Part shown: in pieces, positions 1 through 8,366 of the stretch
How positions within the stretch are numbered: the stretch's first letter is position 1
Layout: every line of letters starts with the position of its first letter
Source of the DNA: Solirubrobacterales bacterium
GTDB lineage: Bacteria > Actinomycetota > Thermoleophilia > Solirubrobacterales > 70-9
Length of the DNA stretch: 64,000 nucleotides
Assembly: GCA_050251335.1 (NCBI GenBank)
Contig: JBFWMZ010000010.1
Location: forward strand, 14,311-78,310
Direction: 5' to 3'
The notes under the pieces: generated by a model
Told to the model about the DNA's origin: nothing
Database searches by the model: none
What the model saw: only the letters and a program-made list of their open reading frames with translations
Translations under genes and position numbers: made by a program

Positions 1-1080
1 GGCGGGTGACTCGGCGCGCGCGGCGCGGAAGGCGGCCTCGTCGTCCTCCCCCACCCCGGTGAGCGCGAGGGCGGCGCGGGCGGCGAGCGGCTCGGCGACG
101 TCGACGTAGAGGTGGCGGGCGTCCTCGTCGTGCATCGCCGTGGTGACGTCCTCCCAGTTGTCGCGCAGCGCCGGCTCGATCTCCTCGGCGGCGGCGAGGA
201 CGACCGCGGCCGCCTCGGGGACGAGGTCGAGCGGGGCGCGGAAGTGCTCGAGCGGCAGCAGCTCGGCGAGGTCGGCGAGGCGGCCGTCCTCAGAGCCGGC
301 GCCGTTGCCGCCCGCCGCCTCGGCCGCCTCGGCCGCGGCCAGCTCGGCGAGCTCGCGGTGCTCGGCGTCGAGCTCGGCGGCCGGCGCCAGCTCGACCCGC
401 TCGGCCTCGCCGAGGCTGCGCTGGGTGAAGGTCGAGAACCAGCGCATCGACTCGACCTCGTCGCCGAACAGCTCGATCCGCACGGCGCGCTCCTCGGTCG
501 CCGGGAAGACGTCGAGGATGCCGCCGCGGACCGCGAACTGGCCGCGCTCCTCGACCTGCTCGACCCGTTCGTAGCCAGCGCCGACGAGGTCCTCGGTCAC
601 AGCGCCGAGGTCGACCTCCTCGCCCCTGGCGAGGGCGAATCCCGCCGGGCGCAGCGAGGCGTCCGGGACCGCCTCGGCGAGGGCGGTGGCGCTGGCGACG
701 ACGATCGCGTCGGGGTCGGCGACGAGCGCGTCGAGGGCGTCGATCCGCAACCCGACCAGGTGCGGCGGCGGCGAGATCGAGCTCGCGTAGCCGGTGCCGC
801 GGGAGGGGTAGAAGCGGACCCGGCGCGGCGCCAGGTAGGCGCGCAGGTCGGCGGCCAGGTCGCGGGCCGAACGGTCGTCGGCGCTGACCAGCAGCGCCGG
901 GCGGCCGCCGAGGCCGCGGTCGTCCTCGAGCAGGGCGGCGAGAAGCAGCGGCCGCAGCGTCGCCGAGGCGCGGACGCTCTGCTGCTCGCCGCTGCCGTCG
1001 GCGGCGGCGCGCGCCTCGCCGGCAAGCGCATGGACGCGCTCGCTCTCGAGGGCGAGATCTAGCAGGGGTCTGAGGCTCAT
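1..1080 (-). CDS. mfd: Transcription-repair coupling factor Mfd, N-terminal part (runs off the window start)
   Basis: Manual minus-strand translation from ATG at 1080: MSLRPLLDLALESERVHALAGE...RGQFAVRGGILDVFPATEERAVRIELFGDEVESMRWF. This is the UvrB-homology module typical of Mfd. The frame stays open to position 1. It is missing from the ORF track because it is truncated. Confidence 0.8.
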   Translation of the reverse strand, partial: MSLRPLLDLALESERVHALAGEARAAADGSGEQQSVRASATLRPLLLAALLEDDRGLGGRPALLVSADDRSARDLAADLRAYLAPRRVRFYPSRGTGYASSISPPPHLVGLRIDALDALVADPDAIVVASATALAEAVPDASLRPAGFALARGEEVDLGAVTEDLVGAGYERVEQVEERGQFAVRGGILDVFPATEERAVRIELFGDEVESMRWFSTFTQRSLGEAERVELAPAAELDAEHRELAELAAAEAAEAAGGNGAGSEDGRLADLAELLPLEHFRAPLDLVPEAAAVVLAAAEEIEPALRDNWEDVTTAMHDEDARHLYVDVAEPLAARAALALTGVGEDDEAAFRAARAESPA

Positions 1081-1151
1081 GCGCAGCGAAAACGCCCAGA
1101 TCACGCGATCCGGCCGCTCAACTCGATTCTAGGGAGCAGCCCCCTCGGCCA

Positions 1152-1190
1152 GCTGTTCCTTATCCAGACTATTCCGGGATAAGGAACAGC
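1152..1190. repeat. Low-GC palindromic element, copy 1 (GCTGTTCCTTATCC-N11-GGATAAGGAACAGC)
   Basis: Perfect 14-bp inverted arms at 1152-1165 and 1177-1190 with an 11-nt loop. The same arms recur at 58601-58641. Confidence 0.8.
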
Positions 1191-1200
1191 CCGGTGGGGG

Positions 1201-1923
1201 TCAGCCGAACGGGAGGTCGACGCCGGCGCGGACGTGCTCGACCTGGCCGCGGCCCTCGGCGGCGGAGCGGCCGACGACGTCGTCCCACTCGTGCAGCATG
1301 TTCTTCAGCCGGGCGACTGCGGCGGGGTCGTGGGCGGCGACCGTGTCCGCCAGTTCGAGCGCCCTTTCCTCGGTCGCCGCAGCGGGAGCGAGCTGGTTGA
1401 CGAGCCCGAGCCGCAGCGCCTCGTCGGCGCCGATCGTCTTCGAGGTCAGGAGCAGGTACTTGGCGGTGGCGAGTCCGCAGAGGGTGACCAGCCGCGCCGG
1501 GCCGACCGGCATCCCCAGCGCCGCGCCGGGGAAGCGGAGGCGCAGGTTGGCGCCGCCGACCCGCAGGTCGCAGGCGACGGCGATCTCGGCGCCGCCGCCG
1601 ACCACGTCGCCGTGGCAGGCGGCGACGGTCGGCTTCGGGAAGCCGACGACGGTGTCGTAGAGATCGGAGAACATCTCCATCCGGCGGACGTGGCCGTCGT
1701 GGTCGAGCTGCTCGCGAACGTCGGCGCCAGCGCAGAAGCCGAGCGGATCGGCGGAGCTGAAGACGACGACGCGGACCGCCTCGTCCTCGCGGGCGACGGC
1801 GAGGTGCTCGAGCAGCTCGGCGAGCATCTGGGTGTTGAGCGCGTTGCGGGCGTCCGGGCGTTCGAGCCGGATCAGCGCGACCCCGGTGTCCTCGCGCAGG
1901 TAGCTGGTCAGTGGCTCGCTCAT
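1201..1923 (-). CDS. Enoyl-CoA hydratase/isomerase (crotonase) family protein
   Basis: C-terminal 240 aa of ORF 1201..2343, starting MSEPLTSYLREDTGVALIRLERPDARNALN...FCAGADV...GGGAEIAVACD, which carries crotonase motifs. ATG at 1923 overlaps the pth stop (ATGA). The upstream part of the track ORF is Arg/Pro-rich junk overlapping pth. Confidence 0.85.
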   Translation of the reverse strand: MSEPLTSYLREDTGVALIRLERPDARNALNTQMLAELLEHLAVAREDEAVRVVVFSSADPLGFCAGADVREQLDHDGHVRRMEMFSDLYDTVVGFPKPTVAACHGDVVGGGAEIAVACDLRVGGANLRLRFPGAALGMPVGPARLVTLCGLATAKYLLLTSKTIGADEALRLGLVNQLAPAAATEERALELADTVAAHDPAAVARLKNMLHEWDDVVGRSAAEGRGQVEHVRAGVDLPFG

Positions 1924-2516
1924 TCGTCCTCCGGCTCGGAAACTAACCGCTCGACGAGCCGCTCGGTTTCCGTCGCCGCCTCGGCGACCAGCGCCTCGAC
2001 CTCCTCGCGCGGCTCGCGGAAGCGGCCGAGCACCCAGGCCGAGACGATCTCGGGGTCGGTCGAGTCCGGTCTGTCGACGCCGACCCGGACCCGCCAGAAG
2101 TCGGCGCTGCCGAAGCCCCTTTTCAGGCTCTTGAGCCCGTTGTGGCCGGCCAGGCCGCCGCCCTGGCGGACCCGGACCTGGCCGAACGGGATGTCGATCT
2201 CGTCGTGGATCGCGACGACCCGGTCGAGCGGCACCTTGAGCGAGCCGCGGGCCGGGCCGGCCGAGTCGCCGACCGCGTTCATATAGGTCATCGGCAGGAG
2301 GATCGCGACCCGGGCGCCACCCGGACCGGTCCGCCCTTCCCACAGCTCCCCCCTGAACTTCGAGCGCGGCTTGCCGAGGTCCCAGCGACGCGCCAGCTCG
2401 CGCGCCACGTCGAAGCCGACGTTGTGCCGGTCGCGCGCGTGCTCGGGCCCGGGGTTGCCGAGCCCGACGATCAGGATCCGACCGCCGTCCTCCTGACGAC
2501 GGCCGAAGAAGGGCAC
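1920..2516 (-). CDS. pth: Peptidyl-tRNA hydrolase
   Basis: ILIVGLGNPGPEHARDRHNVGF...GGLAGHNGLKS, the canonical Pth motifs. Confidence 0.95.
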   Translation of the reverse strand: MPFFGRRQEDGGRILIVGLGNPGPEHARDRHNVGFDVARELARRWDLGKPRSKFRGELWEGRTGPGGARVAILLPMTYMNAVGDSAGPARGSLKVPLDRVVAIHDEIDIPFGQVRVRQGGGLAGHNGLKSLKRGFGSADFWRVRVGVDRPDSTDPEIVSAWVLGRFREPREEVEALVAEAATETERLVERLVSEPEDE

Positions 2517-2528
2517 GATCGGCGAGGG

Positions 2529-3218
2529 CTACTCGCCCTCGGAGCCGCCGCCCGAGTCGCCCCCGTCGCCGCCGCCCTCGCCCTCCTCGGCGGCCTCGCC
2601 CTCCTCGCCGACCAGTTCGGCCTCCTCCTCGAGTTCGGGCTCGACCTCTTCGACCCGGGGCGGCGAGAGGGTGACGATCGTGACCTCCTCGGGCTCGTCG
2701 GCCATGAAGGTGACGCCCTCGGGTGCGGTGACCGCCGAGAGCTGCAGGGTGTCGTTGATCTCCATCGCCGAGACGTCGACGACGATCCGGTCGGGGATCG
2801 CGGTCGGCAGCGCTTCGACGGTGATCTCGCGGGTGACGTGCTCGAGCACGCCGGAAGCTTTGACGCCGGGGGCGTCCTCGATGCCCTCGAGCTCGATCGC
2901 GACCTCAGCCTGGATCGCCTCGTCGAGTTTGACCTCCTGCAGGTCGATGTGCTGAAGGGTGCCGCGGGTCGGGTGCCGCTGCTGTTCCTTGATCACCACC
3001 GGCACCTCTTTGCTGCCCTCGATCTGCAGGTCGAAGAGCGCCGCGCCGGTGGCGAGGACGACGCGGACGTCGCGTTCGGCGACCTGGAAGGGGCGCGCCT
3101 CCGAGCCGCCGCCGTAGACGACTCCGGGCACGAGCCCGTCGCGCCGCAGGCGGCGCGAGGTGCGCGAGCCGAAATCGGTGCGGGAAGCGACTTTGAGGGT
3201 GGAACGTCCAGCGGCCAT
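2529..3218 (-). CDS. rplY: 50S ribosomal protein L25 / general stress protein Ctc
   Basis: RTDFGSRTSRRLRRDGLVPGVVYGGG...HPTRGTLQHIDLQEV, with an acidic/Gly-rich C-terminal tail. Sits in the conserved position next to pth. Confidence 0.93.
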   Translation of the reverse strand: MAAGRSTLKVASRTDFGSRTSRRLRRDGLVPGVVYGGGSEARPFQVAERDVRVVLATGAALFDLQIEGSKEVPVVIKEQQRHPTRGTLQHIDLQEVKLDEAIQAEVAIELEGIEDAPGVKASGVLEHVTREITVEALPTAIPDRIVVDVSAMEINDTLQLSAVTAPEGVTFMADEPEEVTIVTLSPPRVEEVEPELEEEAELVGEEGEAAEEGEGGGDGGDSGGGSEGE

Positions 3219-3286
3219 CGGACGGGAGAGGATAGAGGAACCGGCTCTCAGGGGCCTGCCAAAGGCGTGTGACAGGCTTTCCCTCG

Positions 3287-4705
3287 ATGGCAGAGGACAA
3301 CAAGATCCCCAAGGGGCGGATCAGGCGCTCGGCCAAGCTCGGCTCGGTGATCGGCGTCCAGGGGGCCCGCTACGCGGGGACGAAGGCGACCAACGTCGGC
3401 CGCTCCGAGGAGAACAGCCGCGAGCGCCTCGAGCAGCGCCACCTGGAGACGGCGATGAAGATGGTCGGCGCGCTCGGGCAGATGAAGGGCGCGGCGATGA
3501 AGCTCGGCCAGTTCGCCTCCTTCATCGACACCGAGTTCATCCCCGAGGAGTACCGCGAGATCTACCAGGAGCAGCTGGCGAAGCTGCGGACCGAGGCGCC
3601 GGCGATGCCGTGGGAGAGCGTCGAGAAGGTGCTGAGCGAGGAGTACGACGGCGAACCGCTGACGGAGATGTTCGCCGAGTTCGAGCCCGAGGCCTTCGCC
3701 GCCGCCTCGATCGGCCAGGTGCACCGGGCCGAGCTGCTCGACGGCCGCGCCGTGGCGGTGAAGATCCAGTACCCCGGGATCGCCGAGGCGCTGGAGGCCG
3801 ACCTGCGCAACGCCGGCACCCTGGTGCGGCTGGCGCGGGCGATCGCGCCGGGGCTCGACGCCAAGGCGATCGCCGAGGAGCTGCGCGAGCGGGTGATGGA
3901 GGAGCTCGACTACGAGTACGAGGCGCAGAACCAGCGCACCTTCGCCCGCGCCTACCGCGAACACCCGTTCATCTACGTGCCGGAAGTGGTGACCCGGCTC
4001 TCGCGGCGGCGGGTGCTGGTCACCGAGCTGGTCGACGGCAGGGGCTTCGACGAGATCAAGGAGCTGCCGCACTCCGAGCGCAGCCGCTTCGGCGAGATCG
4101 TCTTCCGCGGCAGCTTCGGCTCGATCTACCACCTGCAGCACTTCAACGCCGACCCCCACCCCGGCAACTACCTGCTGATGCCCGACGACCGCGTCGCCTT
4201 CCTCGATTTCGGCATGACCAAGAAGCTCGACCGCGAGCAGATCCTGCTCGAGCAGCGGGCCTTCGACGCCGCCTCGCGCAACAAGCCCGAGGAGGTTCGC
4301 GCGGCACTGCACGAGCTCGGCTTCGTCAAGAACCCCTCGAAGCTCGACGCCGAGCGGCTGCTGGAGCACATGCGCGCGGTCGGCGGCTGGTACCTCGAAG
4401 ATCGCGAGGTCGAGATCTCGCCGCAGCGGGTGATGAAGATCATCGAGTCGACCAACGACCCGCGCTCGGAGTACTTCGACCTGATGCGGCGCGAGTCGAT
4501 CCCCGCCGACGAGCTGATGGGACGGCGGATGGAGATCGGCGTCGTCGCCGTGCTCGGGCAGCTGCGGGCGAAGCGCAACTGGCACCGGATCGCCCGCGAG
4601 TGGGTCTACGCCGACCCGCCGGCGACCGAGCTCGGCCAGCTCGAGTGGGAGTACTTCGAGGAGCGGGGTGTAAAGCGCACGCCCGGTCTTGCCGAAACGT
4701 CATGA
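3287..4705 (+). CDS. ABC1/UbiB (AarF) family atypical kinase
   Basis: MKLGQFASFIDTEFIPEEY...AAASIGQVHRA...VAVKIQYPGI...HFNADPHPGNYLL. Start uncertain: ATG at 3287 or GTG at 3269. Confidence 0.85.
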   Translation: MAEDNKIPKGRIRRSAKLGSVIGVQGARYAGTKATNVGRSEENSRERLEQRHLETAMKMVGALGQMKGAAMKLGQFASFIDTEFIPEEYREIYQEQLAKLRTEAPAMPWESVEKVLSEEYDGEPLTEMFAEFEPEAFAAASIGQVHRAELLDGRAVAVKIQYPGIAEALEADLRNAGTLVRLARAIAPGLDAKAIAEELRERVMEELDYEYEAQNQRTFARAYREHPFIYVPEVVTRLSRRRVLVTELVDGRGFDEIKELPHSERSRFGEIVFRGSFGSIYHLQHFNADPHPGNYLLMPDDRVAFLDFGMTKKLDREQILLEQRAFDAASRNKPEEVRAALHELGFVKNPSKLDAERLLEHMRAVGGWYLEDREVEISPQRVMKIIESTNDPRSEYFDLMRRESIPADELMGRRMEIGVVAVLGQLRAKRNWHRIAREWVYADPPATELGQLEWEYFEERGVKRTPGLAETS

Positions 4706-4706
4706 G

Positions 4707-5573
4707 ATGAGACGAATCCGGCGCGGCTGGGCGCTGACCAAGAAGAGCTGGACGCTCCTCAACGAGCACCGCGAACTGATCCGCTTCCCGCTCTACGGCG
4801 GGGTCGCGACGGTGCTGCTCGGAATCCTGCTGCTCGGCCCCGGCGCCTTCTTCCTCGACAAGCACAGCTACGGCGCGGCGATCCCCTTCATCGTCATCGG
4901 GATCTACGTCCTCAGCGTGGTCGGGACCTACTTCAGCGTCGGCCTCGCGGCGGCGGCCGACCGCATCTTCCGCGGCCAGACCGATGTGACGGTCGCCGAC
5001 GGTCTCGCCGTGGCGCGCTCGCACTTCGCCGCGATCTGCGGCTGGGCGGCGCTCTCGACCGCGGTCGGGCTGATCGTCGGTGCGCTCGAGCAGCAGGGCG
5101 GCGCCTTCGGCGAGATCGCCGGCCGCCTCGCCGGGATGGCCTGGTCGCTGGTCACCTTCCTCGCCGTGCCGGTGATCGCGATCGAGGGCACCGGCCCAAT
5201 CGCGACCCTGAAGCGCTCGGCCTCGCTCTTCCGTCAGCGCTGGGGCCAGCAGATCACCGGCAACCTGGTGATCGGCGGCGTCGTCTTCCTGCTCGGCTTC
5301 CTGCCGGCGGTGGCGCTGATCGCGATCGGCGTCGTGATCTGGCCCTCGGTCGGGTTCGCCGGCGCGGTCCTGGTCGTGATCGGGGCGCTGCTGATCTGCG
5401 TCGCGCTGCTGGTCTCGAAGGCGCTCGGCGGCATCTTCGGCGTCGCCCTGTACCGCTACGCCCTCGACGGCGAGGTGGTTGGTGGCTTCACCGCGGAGGA
5501 CCTCGAGTCCGCCGTGCGGGTCAAACGCGGCCGCGGCAGCACCACCCCCGGCGCCACGCCGGGGACGGTCTGA
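4707..5573 (+). CDS. Polytopic membrane protein of unknown function
   Basis: Multiple hydrophobic helices and unbiased composition. ATG at 4707 lies just after the UbiB-like stop (4703-4705); the track start at 4689 is a TTG. Confidence 0.6.
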   Translation: MRRIRRGWALTKKSWTLLNEHRELIRFPLYGGVATVLLGILLLGPGAFFLDKHSYGAAIPFIVIGIYVLSVVGTYFSVGLAAAADRIFRGQTDVTVADGLAVARSHFAAICGWAALSTAVGLIVGALEQQGGAFGEIAGRLAGMAWSLVTFLAVPVIAIEGTGPIATLKRSASLFRQRWGQQITGNLVIGGVVFLLGFLPAVALIAIGVVIWPSVGFAGAVLVVIGALLICVALLVSKALGGIFGVALYRYALDGEVVGGFTAEDLESAVRVKRGRGSTTPGATPGTV

Positions 5574-5578
5574 GGCAG

Positions 5579-6364
5579 CTATCGGGAACGCGAGTCGGCG
5601 GCCAGGCGGCCCAGGACTTCGGGGGAGCTGGAGCAGATTCCGCTCGCACCCGACGCGAGCAGCTCGCGCATCCGCGCTTCGTCGTTGACCTTCCAGGCGA
5701 TCAACTCGACTCCGGCCAGGCTGCAGATTCGCCCCAGCCGAGGGCTGACGAGCGGGTGGTAGACCCACATCGCCTCGACCCCCAGTCGTGGCAGCCGCTG
5801 CGCGGCGAGCCCCGGCAAGCGAAAGCGCATCGACCGCAGCGCCGCGAGCATCGGCAGCCGTGCCCAGCGGATCGAAGGCCAGTCTCGGGAGGCCTTCGGG
5901 TAGCTCCAGCCGCGCCTCAGCTCTGGCTCGAGCTCCCTGACGCGAGCGAGCGAATACGTCTCGAGCGTCGAGATCATCGCCCTGCCGATCAGGTCGCGCT
6001 CCCGCAGTGCCGCCACCAGCTCCTCCTCGCGGCCCGGGAGTTTGATGTCGAGGTCGACTTCGATCCGGTCGAGCGGTGGCTCGAGCAGCGCGTCCAGCGC
6101 CTCGGTGAGGAGCAGGGTCCGGCGCCGCTGGGCTTCCTCCCAATCGTGCGCGACCACCAGGGGATGGCGCTGCTCGGCCGGGAGATGCGCGTCGGGGAGC
6201 CAGATCACGTCCAGCTCCACCGTGTTCGCGCCGGCCTCGACCGCCGCGTGGAGACCCTCGAGCGTGTTGCCGTAGCCTCCGCCAGGGCCAGCGACGAGCC
6301 GCAGCGGAAGCTCGGCGCCGGTCGCCACCTGCGAGCGCGACGACTCACTCTTTCCCGAGGTCAT
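5579..6364 (-). CDS. Glycerophosphodiester phosphodiesterase (GDPD)-like protein, divergent active-site region
   Basis: MTSGKSESS...GNTLEGLHAAVEAGANTVELDV...LVVAHDWEE. GDPD-like ELDV and HD motifs are present, but the usual N-terminal HR..ENT is replaced by GP..GNT. ATG at 6364; the longer track ORF (to 6730) overlaps the next gene. Confidence 0.7.
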   Translation of the reverse strand: MTSGKSESSRSQVATGAELPLRLVAGPGGGYGNTLEGLHAAVEAGANTVELDVIWLPDAHLPAEQRHPLVVAHDWEEAQRRRTLLLTEALDALLEPPLDRIEVDLDIKLPGREEELVAALRERDLIGRAMISTLETYSLARVRELEPELRRGWSYPKASRDWPSIRWARLPMLAALRSMRFRLPGLAAQRLPRLGVEAMWVYHPLVSPRLGRICSLAGVELIAWKVNDEARMRELLASGASGICSSSPEVLGRLAADSRSR

Positions 6365-6374
6365 CGCCGCAAAG

Positions 6375-7235
6375 CTACCCGCTCTCCTCGACCGGAGCAG
6401 GCGACCGCTCATCGGTCTGGGGCCCGGCCTCGCCAGCCAGTTCACCGGCGCTTTGCACGGCGCGCATGAACCAGTTCTCGAACAGCGCTCGCGTCGTCTC
6501 CGCCTCCGGGCTGATGTCGTGTGCCGGCACGAAGTCATAGGGAAATCGGTGCTTGCCGAGGCGCCGGTCGCGCCAGCGCAGGATCGAGAGGAAGACGTCC
6601 CCGTTGCCGAGGCGGAAACCGTGGACCACCGGCATGAAGCCGTATTCGAATATCTCGATCGTGTGGCCCTGGTCGGCGCCCTGAGCCGAGCGGAAGCCCT
6701 CGATCTGAGTGACGATGTTGGCCGCCTCATTGGGCCAGCTCTCCGGGACCCACGGCCGCGGGGCCGGCGCAGCTGCCGAAAGCGTCGCCAGCCTCACCTT
6801 CCAGTTGTGGATCGTCGGCCGCTCGAGGAAGAATTCGAGCTCGGGCCAGGCGCTGAACAGGGTCAGGCCGAGGACGTCGATCCGCCGCTGCTCGGGGTCG
6901 TTGATCTCCGCCGCCCTCTCGATCAGGGCGTTGTACATCTCCTTCGGATCGTCGTAATGGTGGCGATCGCTGATCGCGGGCGTCACCCGCAGTTTCAGCT
7001 GCCGCAACTCCAGCAAGATGCTGATCAAGATGATCACCCCGATCGCGGTGCGGAGCCGGATGTCGTTCTCCAGGCCGATCTTCGTCAGCACGTCTTCGAC
7101 GCCTGGGATCTGCAGCAGGACGAGCAGCGCCCCGGCCGCCACGGCCACCCAGACCTGACTGCTCTCGACGAACCGCTCGAGGGCATCGGCGGCTCGAGCC
7201 GCCTTGCCGCTTGGCTTCGTCACATCCCCCTGCAC
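6375..7235 (-). CDS. Hypothetical protein, N-terminal 2-TM anchor plus about 200-aa soluble domain of unknown family
   Basis: Unbiased composition (W/F/Y/N/K/I-rich compared with the junk ORFs). Two hydrophobic helices (VWVAVAAGALLVLLQIPG, AIGVIILISILLEL). The stop lies 10 nt upstream of the GDPD-like start. The DNA looks lower in GC by eye. Confidence 0.6.
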   Translation of the reverse strand: MQGDVTKPSGKAARAADALERFVESSQVWVAVAAGALLVLLQIPGVEDVLTKIGLENDIRLRTAIGVIILISILLELRQLKLRVTPAISDRHHYDDPKEMYNALIERAAEINDPEQRRIDVLGLTLFSAWPELEFFLERPTIHNWKVRLATLSAAAPAPRPWVPESWPNEAANIVTQIEGFRSAQGADQGHTIEIFEYGFMPVVHGFRLGNGDVFLSILRWRDRRLGKHRFPYDFVPAHDISPEAETTRALFENWFMRAVQSAGELAGEAGPQTDERSPAPVEESG

Positions 7236-7340
7236 GATCGGGCCCCCTCCTGCCGACGGCCATCGATGCGGCTTCCTTAACCGCTCAATCAGTGTCTCAT
7301 GGATTGCGCCGTGGGGGGCGGAGTCGACCCCGCCCGACGC

Positions 7341-8366
7341 CTAGAAGAGCTGGTTCTCGCCGGCGAAGATCTCGGAGACGGAGTCGTCGGTGAAGATCCG
7401 CCGGATCGAGTCGGCGAAGGTGCTGGCGGTCGAGAGGACGGTGATGTTGTCCGGAGCGCCGGGCCGCAGCGGCAGGGTGTCGGTGACGACGATCCGCTCG
7501 ATCGCCGAGTTGGCGAGCCGTTCGTAGGCGGGGCCGGAGAAGACGCCGTGGGTGGCGCAGGCGATCACCCGCGCGGCCCCCTCGTCGAGCACCGTCTGGG
7601 CGGCGGCGGTGAGCGTGCCGGCGGTGTCGATCATGTCGTCGACCAGGACCGCGGTCTTGCCCTTGACGTCGCCGACGACGTAGCCGATCTCGGCGACCTG
7701 CTGGGCGGGGCGCTCCTTCTCCATCACCGCCCACTGGGTGCCGATCCGGCGGGCGAAGTTGCGCGCCGTCTTCACCCGGCCGGCGTCCGGGGAGACGATC
7801 ACCAGCTCCTCTGTCAGTTCCTGGTCGATGAACCACTGGGTCAGCATCGGCATCGCCGTCATGTGGTCGACCGGGACGTGAAAGAAGCCCTGCACCTGGC
7901 CGGCGTGGAGGTCCATCGTCAGGACCCGGTCGACGCCGACCGCCTCCAGCGTTTTGGCGACGATCCGGGCGGTGATCGGCTCGCGCGGCGCCGACTTCTT
8001 GTCCTGGCGGGCGTAGCCGTACCACGGCATCACGGCGATGATCCGGTGGGCCGAGGCGCCCTGGGCGGCGTCGATCATCGTCAGCAGCTCGACCAGCGAG
8101 TCGTTCGGGGTCATCCGCTCCTGCTGGTTGGCGCCGGTCGACTGGACGATGAAGACGTCGGCGCCGCGGATCGACTCCTCGTAGCGGCAGTAGACCTCGC
8201 CGTCGGCGAAGGTCTTGAGGGTGACCTGGCCGAGGTCGAGTTCGAGCTTGCCGGCGACCTTGGCGGCGAGCTCGGTCGAGCTGCGGCCGCCGAAGACCAT
8301 CATCCGCTTCGAGTAGTCGTGCGGCAGCGCGGTCACTGACTGAGGCGTCTGCTCGATCGTGCTCAC
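7341..8366 (-). CDS. prs: Ribose-phosphate pyrophosphokinase
   Basis: VMPWYGYARQDKK...VSPDAGRVKTAR...VLVDDMIDTAGT. The GTG start overlaps the glmU stop (GTGA). Confidence 0.95.
   Translation of the reverse strand: MSTIEQTPQSVTALPHDYSKRMMVFGGRSSTELAAKVAGKLELDLGQVTLKTFADGEVYCRYEESIRGADVFIVQSTGANQQERMTPNDSLVELLTMIDAAQGASAHRIIAVMPWYGYARQDKKSAPREPITARIVAKTLEAVGVDRVLTMDLHAGQVQGFFHVPVDHMTAMPMLTQWFIDQELTEELVIVSPDAGRVKTARNFARRIGTQWAVMEKERPAQQVAEIGYVVGDVKGKTAVLVDDMIDTAGTLTAAAQTVLDEGAARVIACATHGVFSGPAYERLANSAIERIVVTDTLPLRPGAPDNITVLSTASTFADSIRRIFTDDSVSEIFAGENQLF

Noticed and set aside
5579-6730. The full-length 383-aa track ORF for the GDPD-like gene. Similar cases are 33453..34373, 38580..39266, 16922..18841 and 1201..2343.
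   Set aside because: The N-terminal extensions overlap the upstream gene, are Arg/Ser/Pro-rich, and precede internal ATG/GTG codons that fit the family N-termini or gene junctions. The shorter coordinates were used instead.
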